A DNA stretch of 64,000 nt from NCBI RefSeq assembly GCF_001194135.2, contig NC_068991.1, forward strand, positions 13,142,609-13,206,608. The letters run 5' to 3'. The position numbers and the translations under genes are program-made. Below the pieces are notes generated by a model. That model had not been told where the DNA came from. It saw only the letters and a list, made by a program, of their open reading frames with translations, and ran no database searches. The stretch's first letter is position 1; each line of letters begins with the position of its first letter. This document shows, piece after piece, positions 62,968-64,000 of this stretch. The DNA is from Octopus bimaculoides. Taxonomy: Eukaryota.

Positions 62968-64000
62968 TTTATTCACTATTATGTATATATTCATGTGTAC
63001 ATAGGTATTTGATTCTCCCCCACCCCACCCCACCCCGTCATTTACGTAAATCCCCACAAANNNNNNNNNNNNNNNNNNNNNNNNNNNNNNNNNNNNNNNN
63101 NNNNNNNNNNNNNNNNNNNNNNNNNNNNNNNNNNNNNNNNNNNNNNNNNNNNNNNNNNNNNNNNNNNNNNNNNNNNNNNNNNNNNNNNNNNNNNNNNNNN
63201 NNNNNNNNNNNNNNNNNNNNNNNNNNNNNNNNNNNNNNNNNNNNNNNNNNNNNNNNNNNNNNNNNNNNNNNNNNNNNNNNNNNNNNNNNNNNNNNNNNNN
63301 NNNNNNNNNNNNNNNNNNNNNNNNNNNNNNNNNNNNNNNNNNNNNNNNNNNNNNNNNNNNNNNNNNNNNNNNNNNNNNNNNNNNNNNNNNNNNNNNNNNN
63401 NNNNNNNNNNNNNNNNNNNNNNNNNNNNNNNNNNNNNNNNNNNNNNNNNNNNNNNNNNNNNNNNNNNNNNNNNNNNNNNNNNNNNNNNNNNNNNNNNNNN
63501 NNNNNNNNNNNNNNNNNNNNNNNNNNNNNNNNNNNNNNNNNNNNNNNNNNNNNNNNNNNNNNNNNNNNNNNNNNNNNNNNNNNNNNNNNNNNNNNNNNNN
63601 NNNNNNNNNNNNNNNNNNNNNNNNNNNNNNNNNNNNNNNNNNNNNNNNNNNNNNNNNNNNNNNNNNNNNNNNNNNNNNNNNNNNNNNNNNNNNNNNNNNN
63701 NNNNNNNNNNNNNNNNNNNNNNNNNNNNNNNNNNNNNNNNNNNNNNNNNNNNNNNNNNNNNNNNNNNNNNNNNNNNNNNNNNNNNNNNNNNNNNNNNNNN
63801 NNNNNNNNNNNNNNNNNNNNNNNNNNNNNNNNNNNNNNNNNNNNNNNNNNNNNNNNNNNNNNNTATATTTGTATGTGCATATATGTATGTATGCATGTTT
63901 GTATGTATTTATGCATGTATCAACACAACTTACACACTATACACGCATGCATACACAAACATATGTACACGCATACATATACGTGTATGCACGTACGTAC

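Overview
Repeat-saturated, AT-rich eukaryotic DNA from a gappy short-read draft assembly. It has about 25 N-gaps totalling roughly 12 kb (~18% of the window, hand estimate), and most gaps end in microsatellites. The extreme microsatellite density and the tRNA-headed SINE families suggest an octopus/coleoid cephalopod genome; this is inference from recalled repeat sequences, not a database match. I find no supportable host protein-coding gene. Nearly all supplied ORFs are microsatellite or N read-throughs. The only real coding remnants are a dead mariner transposase C-terminus (24.8-25.2 kb) and decayed restriction-like-endonuclease (RLE) non-LTR retrotransposon fragments (4.1, 5.0 and 13.4-13.7 kb). 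The rest is at least four SINE families (my labels A-D), further dispersed repeats, hAT/Tc1/piggyBac/pogo-type MITEs, minisatellites and one Illumina adapter remnant. The most interesting signals are RNA-structural: (i) an apparently intact minimal, Penelope-type hammerhead ribozyme at 58670-58715, a second core-intact motif at 6459-6496 and several decayed ones; (ii) three fold-back structures (237-bp inverted SINE pair, 72-bp near-perfect hairpin, 23-bp perfect hairpin); (iii) a direct repeat whose second copy lacks three blocks, one of them a precise hairpin. I cannot demonstrate a new biological system from this window.
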